The notes under the pieces: model-generated
Database searches by the model: none
What the model saw: the letters and a program-made list of their open reading frames with translations, nothing else
Told to the model about the DNA's origin: nothing
From: Perna viridis
Lineage: Eukaryota
Assembly: GCA_037379345.1 (NCBI GenBank)
Contig: CM074516.1
Location: forward strand, 34,633,626 to 34,697,625
Direction: 5' to 3'
DNA: 64,000 nt
Made by a program: the position numbers and the translations under genes
Shown here: piece after piece, positions 13,661 to 27,844 of the stretch
Layout: each line of letters opens with the position of its first letter
Numbering within the stretch: position 1 is the stretch's first letter

Positions 13661-14350
13661 TCATCTGGCACCAATAAACGAATGTTTCAATGGTCGCACA
13701 TTGTGATTATAGTCAAATTTATCCTCTTTCTTCACATCAACAATCTGTGCATGCGTCAACAACTCTGAAACTGTAAAAGAAATAAAATAAAGAATATTTG
13801 TCTCTTAACCTTTGTACCTTAAACGAAATTGACATACATGTAATTACAATCGTTTTATACAAAATGACTAAAGACCATGGTTGCATACTTAAGACACAAC
13901 ATCCTAAAACGAAATTGACATACATGTAATTACAATCGTTTTATACAAAATGACTAAAGACCATGGTTGCATACTTAAGACACAACATCCTCCGATGTTT
14001 TAAGCCCATCCTCACTGCCTCAAATTGAGGGAGTGAAGGTGTACTCGAAACCCTAACTTGGGAGGATTAATAACCAGTGATCCCTCAACCGGACCCTTGA
14101 TATTTCGAGGATACATCTCTTGATATAGAATTGAAAATTTGCAAACAAAGGTTTTAGAAGTTAGAAACAAAGGGATTAGGTATGTATACTTACAACTAGA
14201 TTTGACTCCTTTGAAAACTCTGGTGAAAATCGCTGCTATTATAAACAAATTTATTGCATAAATGGCACAGATCACTAGCACTATAATACCCTTGGCATCA
14301 CCCTCAGGTTCTACCTCCCGTTCCATGTATCTTCTCTGTGTGGCAGACAT
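13661..14350 (-). CDS. Uncharacterised 88-aa single-pass membrane protein; coding exons 14350-14194 and 13770-13661; probable non-coding first exon ~16340-16041
   Basis: Acceptor ctgtcttttcag|aaATG, donor T|GTAAGT, acceptor ttcttttacag. Spliced ORF: MSATQRRYMEREVEPEGDAKGIIVLVICAIYAINLFIIAAIFTRVFKGVKSSFSELLTHAQIVDVKKEDKFDYNHNVRPLKHSFIGAR*. It has one clear TM helix. Minus-strand AATAAA near 13185. Confidence 0.6.
13821..13991. repeat. Near-perfect 86-bp tandem duplication in an intron
   Basis: aaacgaaattgacatacatg...cacaacatcct occurs twice (starts at 13821 and 13907). Confidence 0.9.
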
Positions 14351-16329
14351 TTCTGAAAAGACAGAAATGAGAGAGCAACGATTAATATATAGTGTGTTAC
14401 AAGGCCATGGTAATGTACTTTATATAACAACCTTGATGTCACATTTATTTATGTATATATAATAGGACCTTGTGCCTGCTTATCAGTAGTTCGATATATG
14501 ATAAAAAGTTAATTTGGCAAATATTTATCTCTGTCGTCTGCGGCTAAATACAGCTTTGAATAGATAAAGTAAATTCTTTCACTGATATTACCAGGAAATA
14601 CAAGTCTTGTTCAAGGCCAAATGTTAGGTGACATAACTGCGAAGTTAAGCCTGATTAATAAGTACCAGATTCAATATTTTATTATAGTCTCACCACATAT
14701 ATACATATATTAAATCTACATAGAACAAATATAACATTAGCAATGCATTCACCGATCTAAAAAGATTTATAACAGACTGTTGAAAGACAAAAGTGTATTC
14801 TATATAACCAGACGGAATGTGACACCCAATTGACAACATGCTTTTTTATCCTGAGTGGACCTCTCTATTCAAAGTCAAGTCTACTCCTACCTTACTTTAC
14901 TGGGCGTGTAATTAAATTCGGATCATTTGGCTTCCCATTCAAATGTTTTCATTAGATACAATAATTACCTTAGTTTTAATATTCATTATCACGGATCACA
15001 CATGCTTGACAGCTCCCATTTTCAAATATGTAGCTGACTAGTACATAAACAAGAAATCGTGTTTGTATATTCGGGCTGTATATTTGATAATGGGTGTAAG
15101 CAAGTTCCTATGCATGTAGCATTAAAGAATAATCATTATTTGCAAATCTACTAAAATAAATCTTTTATCTTAAAACTAATTAATGTAAACTTAAGTAGGG
15201 TTCATTAATTTGTCAAAGCCGTCTTAATTTTTACACAATTAATATGCTTCCGTCCAGTCAATTTACTTGATTACAGTATTCAACTGGTTTTATTGTCAAT
15301 CAAGTATCAAGGTCAATGTCAATACACACGTGAACATATACAGGTGTACTCGTGATACATGTATGCAAAAGTACAAGGTAAAACATGGAGAAATATATCG
15401 GGGATTAATATGGTATTTAAATGATATGCTAATGTGACCTTGTGAAATTGGCAGTTTTACATGAGGCTTTGTTGCAAAAATATAGCTATTTTACATGCTT
15501 ACATGTCTATATAATTTGAAAATATTAAAGCGTCATTGTAAAGTATAATTTCAAATTGATGTATACACGTGTACAGTCCAAACGTGTTTTCATATCGGTT
15601 GTATTGCATCATGGCAATCATAGCATATATTGCATCAGCCTGAATTTAACTCCCTGTCCACGGAGTCGGCTGTACAAGAGCACTATAACAAAATATTGCA
15701 CCTCATACATTTTCCATTCAATTAAAGAACCACAGAAAAATACAAAATTTGAATAAAACAGTCACTGTAAAACAAACAGATGCAAATAACAAGTCATTAT
15801 ACGTAAATCGAATATAGAATGTTATTTGACATTGAAGTTAATACAGGATTTTTTGTATTTAAAACATTGAAATTAAGCCTCCCCCTTTTCCACAAAAATA
15901 TATTATAATTAAAAAAAACTTTTCCACCTCTGCATGGGAGGACAACATAAGATGCAATATAATAGTTCATTGAATATTTATAAAACAGCATCGTTGATCA
16001 TACAAATATTAGAATAGGCCTTAAACTCAATACTTACTTTTAATTTAAACTGGAACAATATATTCCTTGACACAAGTTACTTCATTAAATGTAAACAAAC
16101 ACCATGTGAACTTCTAAATCCGATTGTTTCATCCCAAAAGCGAATATTTAAAATGCAGTTTTGCAGGTTTGTAAGCGCTATATATTGAGCTTCACTTTTC
16201 AAACATTGAACCTTGAACTGTAAGAGCATATTCTTTATGTGCGTGTTTTGTGTGATTTCATTCATGAACACAACTCACGAAACATACACTGTACGCGTGA
16301 ACAGGGTTCAAAGTCCTTGAAAACAAAGT

Positions 16330-16371
16330 ATGACTGACTGAACGAATTAATCTGATTGGTTTTTATTTATA
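16330..16371 (-). promoter_or_regulatory. TATA box plus initiator for the small membrane protein gene
   Basis: Minus-strand TATAAATA (16370-16363) lies about 29 bp upstream of the Inr-like TCAGTCAGT (16341). A GTAAGT donor follows at 16040. Confidence 0.5.
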
Positions 16372-16904
16372 GCGAAGATAAATATATACAATGGGGGCTT
16401 TCCAGGGCAGAAAAGGTAAACAAACAAGATTACTTTCACTTTGCCTCAAGAAATAGAACTAACGTGTTTAGGTAATTAATTGTAAGGTTTATTACTTAAA
16501 CAATACCTAAGTGTATCTATATACGTAATTAGATTCGTTTGTATAAAATGTATATAATTTCAATATTCTACAAACCCATGCTATATTTTTTTAAGGAACA
16601 CAATATTAGTAGGTCAAATGTGGTGTGCCAATATTGTCATTGAATGTAAAGACCCCTGTGTAGACTAGCTATAGAAAATTCTGTATACATACTAATAGGT
16701 GTCTGGACGAATGATACTTTGCTCCCCCACCCCAAGAAAAGAAAATCCAAATGCTTCTGATAATTAGCCACTGCTGATAAAAACAAAGTAACTATATTCT
16801 ACTTCTTGTTGACATGTTAGTTATTGGCTACCAGTTGAAACGTTCATGGAAATGATCATGACGTTTGATATATTTTCTTATTGTTTTTCATGTGTTTATT
16901 TATA

Positions 16905-16935
<31 letters not shown>

Positions 16936-19900
16936 GGTCACAAACATAATGGTCATGTATGTTTAATGACAATATTATGATTGACGAACATTATAACAGA
17001 CATTCTTGAATTTATTTGTCTATGCTTAAAAGTATAATTGCCGCATGCGCTTCTGGAGGGGTGACCTTTAACAATCTCAATTAGTGACATAATTGATGTG
17101 TCATCTGAAAATCACTAAATCTCACGATGGAATGAAAAAAAAAGCATTTATTTCCCCATGCTGTTCAAACGCACTATGTTGATGCATGATATTTACATAA
17201 TTAAACAAGTTTCTTCTGCTAAATATTATGATGTCAATGTTATGAAGTACCAAGGCCGTAAAAATAACACGACCAAACAACGTTGCGTGCAAGTTGCACG
17301 TCCATTGATAAACTTGTCATGATCTATATTTTATGGTCCCACTACACTGTTGCGTGAACGTCGTATGCCTATTGATTAGATTTGTTCAATGACATTAATC
17401 AACGAGGCTTTTAAACATCACTAGTTTCTGACATTTTTACACAACTAGACCATTTTTAAGGCACAGATTTTTGGCTAACATCTGGAATGAACAATATATT
17501 TTGTCACTCTGTCTCACATTTTGCCTAAGGACATCGTTTCAATATGGCTTGACAGAAGATGGTTCATGTGCCTTGACTTTATTTAATCAAGGAAGAATTA
17601 AATAGACAAATGTTCTTTTTTGAATTTCATAAAGAAGGGGGCGTTTTTTGATTGTTTGTTTGTTTGCTGGTATGTTTGTTTGTATGTTATGTTATGTTTT
17701 GTTTTGTTTTTGTTTGATTGTTTGTTTGTTATTAGGGGGTGAATAGCTAGTGAGAGAGGAGACGAAAGTTGTAATTTAAAAGTTAGATAACCCTACTCAA
17801 GGCATCGAAGACAAGCGCACAAAAACATTCACAAAATAAACTTAATCGATTTGGGTTAGGAATATATTTCCTTTAAAACTGCTGTTCATCACCAATTAAA
17901 TATTGATCATTCTGTTAATATAGTGGAATCTTTTTGTGGGCTATGCAACATTAATGTCACTAGTTGACCTTGTGTTGCCCTATACTTAAAGTGTCCATGC
18001 AATGCAAAGTTGCATGCTTTGTCCTTGTCGATAACTTGGAATGTATACATTAATAAAAGTCAACTGGAGTTCAACTAAGGTTAACAACTTTAAGTCACTA
18101 AAAGTTCATACAAGGATAGACATCACAATCAGCTGTTATGAAAGCTAGATATGACCTTGCATGCTTAAATCACATTTATAGGCATGAGGTATTTTTTTTC
18201 AAACTGCAGTCTACGCTTAAACTTAGACTGGAGTCTTTTTCACCTACCACAGCAGTTGGATAGATGGGCAAAGCTTGGAAACGTATTTGATGCTAATGTG
18301 GATGTTGCCTTTCGTTTATGCAAGCCAACAATTAATTTGCACACAACTCTAAATGTAGGTTAGAATCTCAGCTAAATACATGTCTGAACGTCTTTTGATT
18401 AATTTTATACCTAGGTTATAGTTGAATAAAAGGTATTGTCGTCCGCAAATGATTATTAAGTTTTTCTGGTTTAAATTTCAGTGTGGACAATTTTTTTCAA
18501 ATAGTATGATTATTCATATGAATACGTTAACAAATATTTGGATCTAGTGCTGGCTAGATATACCAACAGCTAAAGTATATTCTCAAGTTTTAACAGATAA
18601 ACAACATTTATGTTTACTTCTGGTCTAGCCAACCTTAATCTTCCGATATTTTCAAAGTCCATTTTTATACTCGGGAAGAAAACAAATCATGTACCTTTAT
18701 TTGATAACAATGACTATTTTAGGCCTTGTTTTGTTTTGTCAATTGTTCTGTATGGTTATACCCTAGTTTTTTGACGTTGACATTTTTGTTTCATTGACTC
18801 GCGGGACACACTTGAGATGATGCGTACATAGCCAGGTTCAATCTCCGACTTTATACCATGAAAATCGGATAAACAAAATTTAGTACGACAAAAGGTGTTT
18901 CTGGCTGATGGAGCCCTTTAACTGACATGTCAAGAACGGCAAGAAAGTCAAATATCAAGTCTAAGAAAGATTTTTATTTGATTAAAATCATACAAGTTAT
19001 ATAATCACCATGACGACCATACTGTAAGTGCTATCAGAAGATACATTTATGTATATATTTAATCATATATTAAGGTATAATTTCCTTTAACTGCGACCCT
19101 ACATATGTTATTGATGTGCATCGTTGTGAATATACAATGTATATAGAGAAGTGATATTCAAACTGACAAACAAATATATAAGCAATGTCTTATGGCACGT
19201 GGGATGTCGAACACACCTGAACAGTCTGTGGAGCTATTGAGTGTGGTTTGAGCAACTTTCTTGGTATTTTGTTCATTGAAAACTGCTCACAAGTTTGCAT
19301 GGAGGTTCGGATACGAAGGCGATTTTTACTTCTCTTAAAATATAAGTTTATCTTATTATTTATCCGTTATAGGAGTACTTTGTATAGTTCAGATTTACTG
19401 TTCCATAGAAGTGATTCGTTCGATGTTTATTTTAGTTTACCTAAGTGCACTCTCATACCGGTAGATTCAAGTTTTCAGTAACTTTTTATCCAATCTTAAA
19501 TCTAACATTGAGAATGGTGACCCTTGGTACATGGTGACCCCTGGTATTGGTCTTACACGATTATTAGAACACAATTATGTAGCCATGTATTCCAAGTTCT
19601 AATACCAGTTAATTATATAAAGCTACTATAGCGGAGACAGAAAGTTTAAAAAAGGACGGTGACTGACCTAAGAGTTGGCTCGCTCTAAGGATTTCAAATG
19701 ATTTTCTATATAATCAACCAACCTTTACGAGGAAAAAGGAGGGGACGAGCCTTCCCCTTGGATCCCCACATGCGCTCAATTCACATTAGTTGATGCATAC
19801 ATGTACGTAAATAATCCTAGCTTCAGTTTGGAACAGTTTATACAAGTGGGTGTTACAAGTGTGACAAAGAGTTCAATGCTTTATTTATGCAAATTGACTT

Positions 19901-22900
19901 TGTTGGTCAATGTAGACTGTGTTAATTACACGAATACCATGTTATACTTGTTTTGTGACTTTATTTTATCCGAAATCTTTTGCATATCTCTAGCTAACAG
20001 TTGCTTGTATTACAAGTTGTATCTGTACTAAACAGATTAGAAAGTTTATTATAGTACATATTTACTGATGGTCTAGTCATAGTAGATCTTCCGATCAATT
20101 CAAAGTTCAGTCGTAACGTGGAAAAAGGAATATAAAGAGAGGGGATGATCTTGGACCCCAAAATAGGCGGCATAGGGTAAAACGAAAAACCACGATTTCA
20201 TTATCAATGAAGATCAGTTAAAGGATGGATGTACACTCGCTATACCAAAAAGGAAATAAGACAAAAAAGAAGAAAGCAAAAGAAAATAGCACACGAAAGA
20301 ATACGTTTTAAAAATCAACTTGTATTCTTTTCAACAGAAAGTATGAACCGGGTACATTGATACAGCATCAGCTCTTGAAGAAACTACTGGTCGTATATAT
20401 CTTATTGATACAATTAAGATCATGCTGTTTGTAATAGTGTAATGTACACTTATTGATATATTACTTACTTATTAACAAAAAAAAATAGTGTTCAGATGTA
20501 CTATTTCCTGTTCAAGTAAAGCATCACACTTTTGTTGAACTTTGATGGGTATTTTTTTTCAAATATTTACTAAGCTTGTTGTTACTTTTCAACATTTCTA
20601 CAATAAAATTTTTCATTTCATCAATTTTTGCAGTTTCCTGTACTGATTTTTCAATGTTCTGGAATTGCAGAGATGATACCATAATATTCAACAAAGTGTG
20701 TTGTTATACTTGTGTATTGTTCTGAAAACTCTTCATAGGTGAATAGTCTATTACCGGACATCAAATTATTTATTAAAATATATCTCCTTGACAATACTGT
20801 TAAGTGCCATTCACCTTGGTGTTTGTACTAAACCATGTAGGCTGATTTGTTCACATTATCCTTCAAGTTCCGAGGACTGCTGTTGAGTTCCTAGTACCTC
20901 TTTGAGGTTTAAATATAACCCCCCCCAAAAAAAAACAAAAAACAAAAAACAAAAAAACAAAAAAACAAAAAAAGACCGGTACAATCTCCCCGAATGGTGC
21001 TCTAGACCCTCGGTTTTAAGTAAATAAATTTGTCACCCCATACTTTTCTTAATCCTTTCCAAGGGGAGTGATTAAGCGAGTGAAACTTGTGTCGTTGTTG
21101 TGGGCCTGTTATATAGGCTAGACTCTCTCTATAGTTGTATACATGTAGACCTATTTGTCATTTATCGTAGTGTGATTTCGAGTTTGACCATGAGTTGTTG
21201 TTATCAAAGCCAATTTTTAAGTTGATATTTACCACTTTATATTGAAAACAACAAATTTTGTGAAGAGTCAAACTGTGAAAGATTGAAATCGATAATTTGA
21301 ACTAATCCACGAGATTACTTCCAGAAATGAACCATTTTCAGACGTGGAGACTCTTAAACTAAGAAATGTCATGACGCTTTTCTGAAAAAAAGTGACAACT
21401 TTTGCTTGTGATCTAAAGCTCAATGCTTTCATTTTCAAAAACTTTGTTTTTCAGCCGTATTTGTGATATTCTCTATATCATTTGTAGCAACGAGTTTACC
21501 CGGGTGATTGTCTTTTGCTCGTGTATGTATTAGTCACAAGACTTTATCATTACTGATAAATTTATTTGATTAAAGACGCACGGACTTGAGCTCATAAGTT
21601 AGATACACAAATTGGCAAAAGTGCATCACTAAAATTGTTTTCATTATTTTTAAACTTTACAATCCATGACCATCTATTGTGATACTATATTTTCATGGAT
21701 ATAGTAGTATTATAAAATGGTCCCTGATGTTCGTAATTCAGCTTGGCATTGTAAAAATTCACATTTAAATTTTATTAGCATAATCTGTCGATCGATAGGC
21801 ATGCATTAAAAAAGCAAAAAACCTTTATCAGTATTTTGAAGTGTAGACATTGAACTTGAACTTGGGCTAGTTTCGGATAACAGTTACGAAATAATGATCA
21901 GATTTTAGATTCACATGACGGGTCGATGAAAAATGCTAAGTAGCGTAGAGTGCATGACAGCTGTTTCCCCTCCTAAACATTTGAATGACCTATAAATATC
22001 ACCAGATGATCCCCCGAATCATGTAAATGAATTGATCGAGGTGGATGCTGACCGTGCAGGAGCTTGGATGATTTTTTGAGATCAAAATAATGATTTTCAC
22101 CATGTATTTATTTTTCACATACATCGAATCAAATTATTTATCTTCATTTATGTACAAGCATAAATTAATGTTCGAATCAGAGGGATTTAAAAGAAACAGA
22201 ATATTTTTTTCTCACATCTTCAATATAATTTGAAATATTCATTTTCAAAAAGGCCCGAGTCAAAATGTTTATTTTATATTTCTCCCAAGTCTCTCCCTAC
22301 ATCAAAATCAAAAGTTCCCTAAGTGACCGATGAAATCCTTCTAAATACTTAGACTTTAATTGGTGAAACTATCAATACTGATGGAGTGAAGGACGTGCAA
22401 GAAACAATAACAACATAAGACCTATTACAGACAACATTAGTAATCTCCCTACTGTATATTATCTAAAAGTGTGCGTTGTCACTCACGTAATACACGACAC
22501 ATCCTACATGCAGTTCATCACATTCAACGCCAAAAAAAACCCCTACCTTTTTTCTCTTGTTTTGGTACGTTTCTTGACAGCGTAAGCGTCAATGTCATGA
22601 ATTAGGGCTACTTGAATTTGCCTTATATCATGCTTCTCAATGTCGTGGTCGAACTACATAGGACTTTTTCATTTGAATGCTATATGCAGATTTAGAAATT
22701 TCAGATTGGATGCTGTGTAATGTTTTTAACCTTAGAGAACTCGGTCTATTTTTACGCTCGACGCTGTATTTGACTTTAGTTTAATGATTTATTTCAACTG
22801 GAAATAATTGAAGACGAGTGCATTAACCATACCTCCAACTCGAAGCACTATATTATGGTCATTCTTGCAGATTAAGGGTGATTGTCTTTTCCGATTCTAA

Positions 22901-23173
22901 ATGCAAAGGTAAACAACGGATAAGAAAGGTCACCGGAGGTCAATCTAATTAACATTATTTTTTTTTTTAATTTCGCTACCCTCCTTGACTTGGCACATGT
23001 CAGATCGTGTATTTTAATCAGATCGGAGGTGCGGTGTTTTCGTGTACAATCGTTTATTTGTGTTTCACGTGTGTCGTTTTGAAGACAAATCGTTGCCCAA
23101 CCGTTACTTCAATAATTGAATAAATTTGATTGCCTGCATTTGAATCATTCTACATGTTTTTTGTATAAGTTAG

Positions 23174-25851
23174 TTAAAAAAACAAATAGTCTAAATTATT
23201 TAATTGTTCAAGATTTACGTTCTGTTTTGCGAGAGAATCCATGAGTTTCTTAAATCTATCGTCCTCCAATGCGGATCTTGATATAATAGATTTCTCTCTC
23301 TGAATGAGTTTATTTCGTTGTTCATCAAATCCAAGAGCCGAACTTAGATTGTTCAAGGTCTCGTCTGTTTTAAGTAATAATCTCATTGGTAGCGACTTGG
23401 TCAATTTCAATAAAAGTTCATCAGTTGTAAGACTCGTTGTTGACTGACTTAATGATTTTGATTTTGAGGCCCTTGAGTCATCGTTTGAAGCCATGCTACT
23501 AAAGTCCAATTTTAGCTCTTCATTGTTTTGTACGAAATCTAGAAGTGCATCGTCATCTACTTCTGCTAGTCTTAACTTTTCTCTTATAGGCATAGAACAA
23601 TTTTGGTAATAATTTTCCTTTTCGCATATTTCTAACATATTGTCAGTCAACTCTGGTATATCGTATGAGTTCTTACGACTTTTTTTTTTCTTTTTCTTTT
23701 TTGTTTGCTGTCCATCACTGCTCATATTATCCTTCATTGGTAGCAATACTGGGTTGTCCCGAAGTAAACTTTCGTCGTTTCCGGACTTGAAGTCTGGAGA
23801 GGTCCCAAACATCGGAGATGGTATAAGATCTGATCGATTCTTTAATTCCACCAATGTTTTCTGCTTCTTCAACATCTTGCTTTTCTTGTAACTGGTAACT
23901 GGTCGCGTTTCTTCTTCCACAATTTTAGGGAAAAATGCACTTGACATCCGAACTTTCTTTCTCTACAATAAAAATGATTAAGGTGATGAATCGCATAAAT
24001 AATAAATATATGTGTAGCCGTAGATATTGAATATTTGTGGGTTGAACTAGCAAGTTTTTTTAATGAGGTAAAAACAAAGCTTTTACTTCTTTTTCTAACT
24101 TAATATATCATTTATCTTCCTTCGAACACTCGAATCAAATTTGCCACAAATTGAGGTACCACACCTCCGGACATTTTGCTAATTATAAAAAATTAAATGT
24201 GTGTTTATTTAGTACAAGTCTCCATGCGTGTTCTAATGTGTAGTCTTCACACTTTCAAAATTCACCAATAATCGCCTAGAGCCACCTTTTTCTAACCTCT
24301 CCCTTTTTAGAACAGTCGCTATACGCGAGCTTCTACAATTGAAAATAGCATTCAGTTTTCCCATTCTAATAGTCTTAAGAATATCAATGAAGAAGACTTA
24401 TTTCATTTCCAAGTAAAAGCGAAAAATTGAAGCTTAAATGTTTATTTAAATGTACCTGTTTAGGATTTTCTGATGATGAGCCAGAAGATGACCGGGACGA
24501 CGGAGTCTTAATCTGTATATCCGGAAGTTGTAACTTTTTGTCAGATTTTTCAGATTTTAATTTAGCGAACCTGCAAATAAAAGAAACTTTAAATCCAATA
24601 ACAGCATGTCCTACAGAATCCTATCAAGATGACTATTCTTTTGAGTAAATGTTTCACTGATCATTTTAATATGGTAATATTTAAAAGCTTTGAATTACCA
24701 GATTCATTTATTTTGAAATATTTATAAACTCATAGAAGATAAACGGTCAATTCGTTTTTTTTCCCTCCTTCCTCCAGGTCCCACTATGAGGTGAAGAAGG
24801 TGATTCATGAAGAAGAGTCGAATTGAAAGAGTTACATAATTCTTTGCGAACCCATGGGGTATGGAGGTCATACACCTCTTGGAATATTATTTTAATTTTG
24901 TGGAAAATTTGGATAGCATTTAGAAACATCTGGATTGGTCAGTGAATTAATTGTTATTAACAAGACTTCTAGATATATTAAAGGCACGATGTTTCAAATA
25001 AAGTCTTTTTACCATAGAGTTGGTCAAAATGAAGTATGAGGTCGGAAATTACACACGAATCTCCTTAAAATAAGTTATTGGTCGAGCAAGTGATAGAGCG
25101 AAATCATGCAAAAACTATTCAGATTTACTTACCTCAGTTTATCATCTTCATCAAATGCTTTCTCAATGAAAAACTGTCTCTGTTTCCAGAACATTTCGGT
25201 CGATTTAAGCCTCTGTTCCTTCTCAATGTTCCTCAATGTTTGTTCCAGTTGTCTGTCATCGAATGGATTCTTGTTAGTGATGGCATATCCTGTAATCAAT
25301 ACATGTACAACATTAATATTGTATATTTCTTGTTTTGTTTTGTTTGTTTTATTCTTTCGGTCTTGATTTAGACCCTGTCATCGATTAGAGTATAACAGTC
25401 TTTTCACGTGTCAGTGAGAAATTAATTAATTAATTTAACTTTATGGCAGGCTTCATGTGTGAGTGTTAAATACATCGTGCTTATCATTGAGTGGACTTGA
25501 GGTTAAAGAGCGATAACTCGTGTATCTATCCGTGACTAAGATCGATAGTCAAATCCCGGCAATACAAATGAGATTAGAAGTTTGAATTTTGTGATCCAGA
25601 CTTTTTGATATATTTATGCATGGATCTATCTAAACATGTAAAGACCATTGATAAAAGCAGAAGATGAAATATTATATTTATAAAAGCTAAATGGCATTAG
25701 TAGAAACTCGAAAACAGAAGGATGAAGATAAATATTAAAACCAAATACCATATTGCGATTTGCTGAGATTTGCTGCACTTTGGTTCGCATGTTCGAGACT
25801 GGACTGTGGTTTCTTTTTTCCAAAGCACACACCAGCAACTCGTGTCGTCAT
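23174..25851 (-). CDS. Uncharacterised 387-aa coiled-coil/low-complexity protein (possibly CCDC190-like N-terminal motif); exons 25851-25749, 25289-25133, 24570-24456, 23962-23174
   Basis: Four exons with GT-AG junctions and phases 1/2/0 splice into the 257-aa ORF. Contains TNKNPFDDRQLEQTLRNIEKEQR, LPDI, a poly-Lys NLS-like tract and C-terminal SALEDDRFKKLMDSL. Confidence 0.8.
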
Positions 25852-26589
25852 GATAAAACTCCACTCAATGTTCCGTAAAATGTTAGTTACAACGAACTGC
25901 TGCTTTTTGTTTGTTGCCAAACGTAATGTATCGCGAAATTTAAGCCGTTCACCAGGTGATAACTTCCATTACAAAATGTTTGATCTATCGAGAGATTTTT
26001 ATACAACTGAACCTGTCTCTTTACAATCCTTTTGAAGATATATTCTGCCATCAATTGGTTTTCCAAAAATAAGTCGCTCGCGTAAGTGAAATATCAAAAC
26101 ATGTACTGTTTAGCACTTACAGAATGATACCTGTTTATACATCGTATGTAGAGACGCCTTCTAAAAGTACCCTAATGGGATTAGTATTATATGAATAATA
26201 GGGACCCGCGGGTTAAATTTGGTCATAATTATACATATAAAAAGTCCCTAAATAATTAAAAAAAAGCGATTATCCGTTTCAACTGAAAGTCCAATAGATC
26301 GGCATTGTAATTTCTTTTGTCGAAGTGAAAATATTTTTATGTATTCTACATAATCCAGTTACCACGAATCAGGTAGAATTGAGAATTAATTACTGTATAC
26401 TGTTTTGCGTAATGTTACATTAAGAAAATGGACAATCGAAGGAATTTAAATTCCATCGACCGCACAAGTATTTCTTATTGTTCGGTCATCGAAAAATGGT
26501 TCAAAATTTTAACAAATTAATCTTGTATTAGCTAGTGTTATTAATTTGATAATTACGATGAAAATGTATCTTTGTTTCGTGTGAAGTTG

Positions 26590-26677
26590 CATTAAGCCAA
26601 CGTGCTCCCGACATTACGCCAACGTGCTCCCGACATTACGCCAAAGTGCTCCCGACATTAAGCCAACGTGCTCCCGA
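26590..26677. repeat. 22-bp minisatellite x4
   Basis: Four adjacent copies of CATTA(A/C)GCCAA(C/A)GTGCTCCCGA. Confidence 0.92.
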
Positions 26678-26997
26678 ATATAAACTTAACTGTTACAACT
26701 ACAATTGTTTACTTTTTTTTATTTCCCATCTTTTCCTTCAGTTGTCAGTTTGTAGAATTCACAATTATTTTGAACAATAATTCGCACAATAAATCTTGAA
26801 TAGTTCCTGTCGAATAGGGATTAAACTACAAAATAGCAATCATACAGACATTGCAATTTTCAATAAGTTGTACATGTTCTAAAAATGTGTCAAATGAGCT
26901 ACATTAGGATACTGCCAATGTTTAATACAAAGAATGAAGCATTAGAGTTTTAGGGGTTTCGAATATGTGGGAAGGCAAATTACAGTAAATTATATGA

Positions 26998-27177
26998 TAG
27001 TCAAACCTGCCTCAGTGACCACCTGCATCCAGCAATAACCTGAATTGAAAGACTATGATTAAAATAGCATTATGTAGTGTACTTTATGTAAATTAACCTG
27101 TATATAAAGACCACCTGTCTTATGTGTCCAAGATTTTTCTCTCCCTTGGAAGGTCATTTAAAACAGGTTTCACTGTA
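26998..27177. mobile_element. Tc1/mariner-type MITE
   Basis: AGTCAAACCTG...CAGGTTTCACTG-TA ends, with internal GACCACCTG repeats. Confidence 0.65.
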
Positions 27178-27844
27178 TAGAATATATATAGTTCACGTTC
27201 TGTCAAATGTGACTACTTGGTTCGTGAATACCCTCGGATATCTTTGGTCTACCACCAGAGGCATCGACCCAGTACCAATCGTTGAAAGTTTAGTAAATGA
27301 TGTACATGTGTTCCAAAGACTGACCTCTCATCAGTAGCGTAGCATTAGAACCAATACTTAGGAATTTCATGATTCAAAAATAAATTTTGTACTCAAAACC
27401 AAAGATATCGAAATAAGAACACAAATCCAGCACTGATGAAAATACAAACATATCGACGTATCACGAGCTGCCAAAATCAACTCAATACAAATAAACTTTC
27501 TAAAATGTTTATAAGCCCGATAAAAGCAAGATTCAAATTGTTAATGGGCTGCTAATTTGTTATAGAATAAGTGCATACTGCATACAACACGTGCCAAGGT
27601 TAGGAAGATATTTCTCTTGTCTTCAATTTAAATCTTTTATTGTGTGCATTTTCTATGCCATAAGAAAGCTGTTGGATTTTTATCTTGATTGAGATGTCGT
27701 AGCATATATCTTTAGGAAAGGAATTTGCATTATATGATTTTAATAAACTTGACGCATAACAGTAATTTGAAATGCAGAAATGAATATATGTCATACCTGA
27801 AAATAGATTGCTGTTAGAAGGAAAGTTATAAAGGAAATAGAATA

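Noticed and set aside
13607-13663. Readthrough or selenocysteine at the TGA of the 88-aa protein
   Set aside because: No SECIS recognised, and the extension is short and unremarkable.
16400-23100. Short ORFs in the long intergenic stretch
   Set aside because: AT-rich random ORFs with no coherent exon chain. Only simple repeats and transposon debris are seen.
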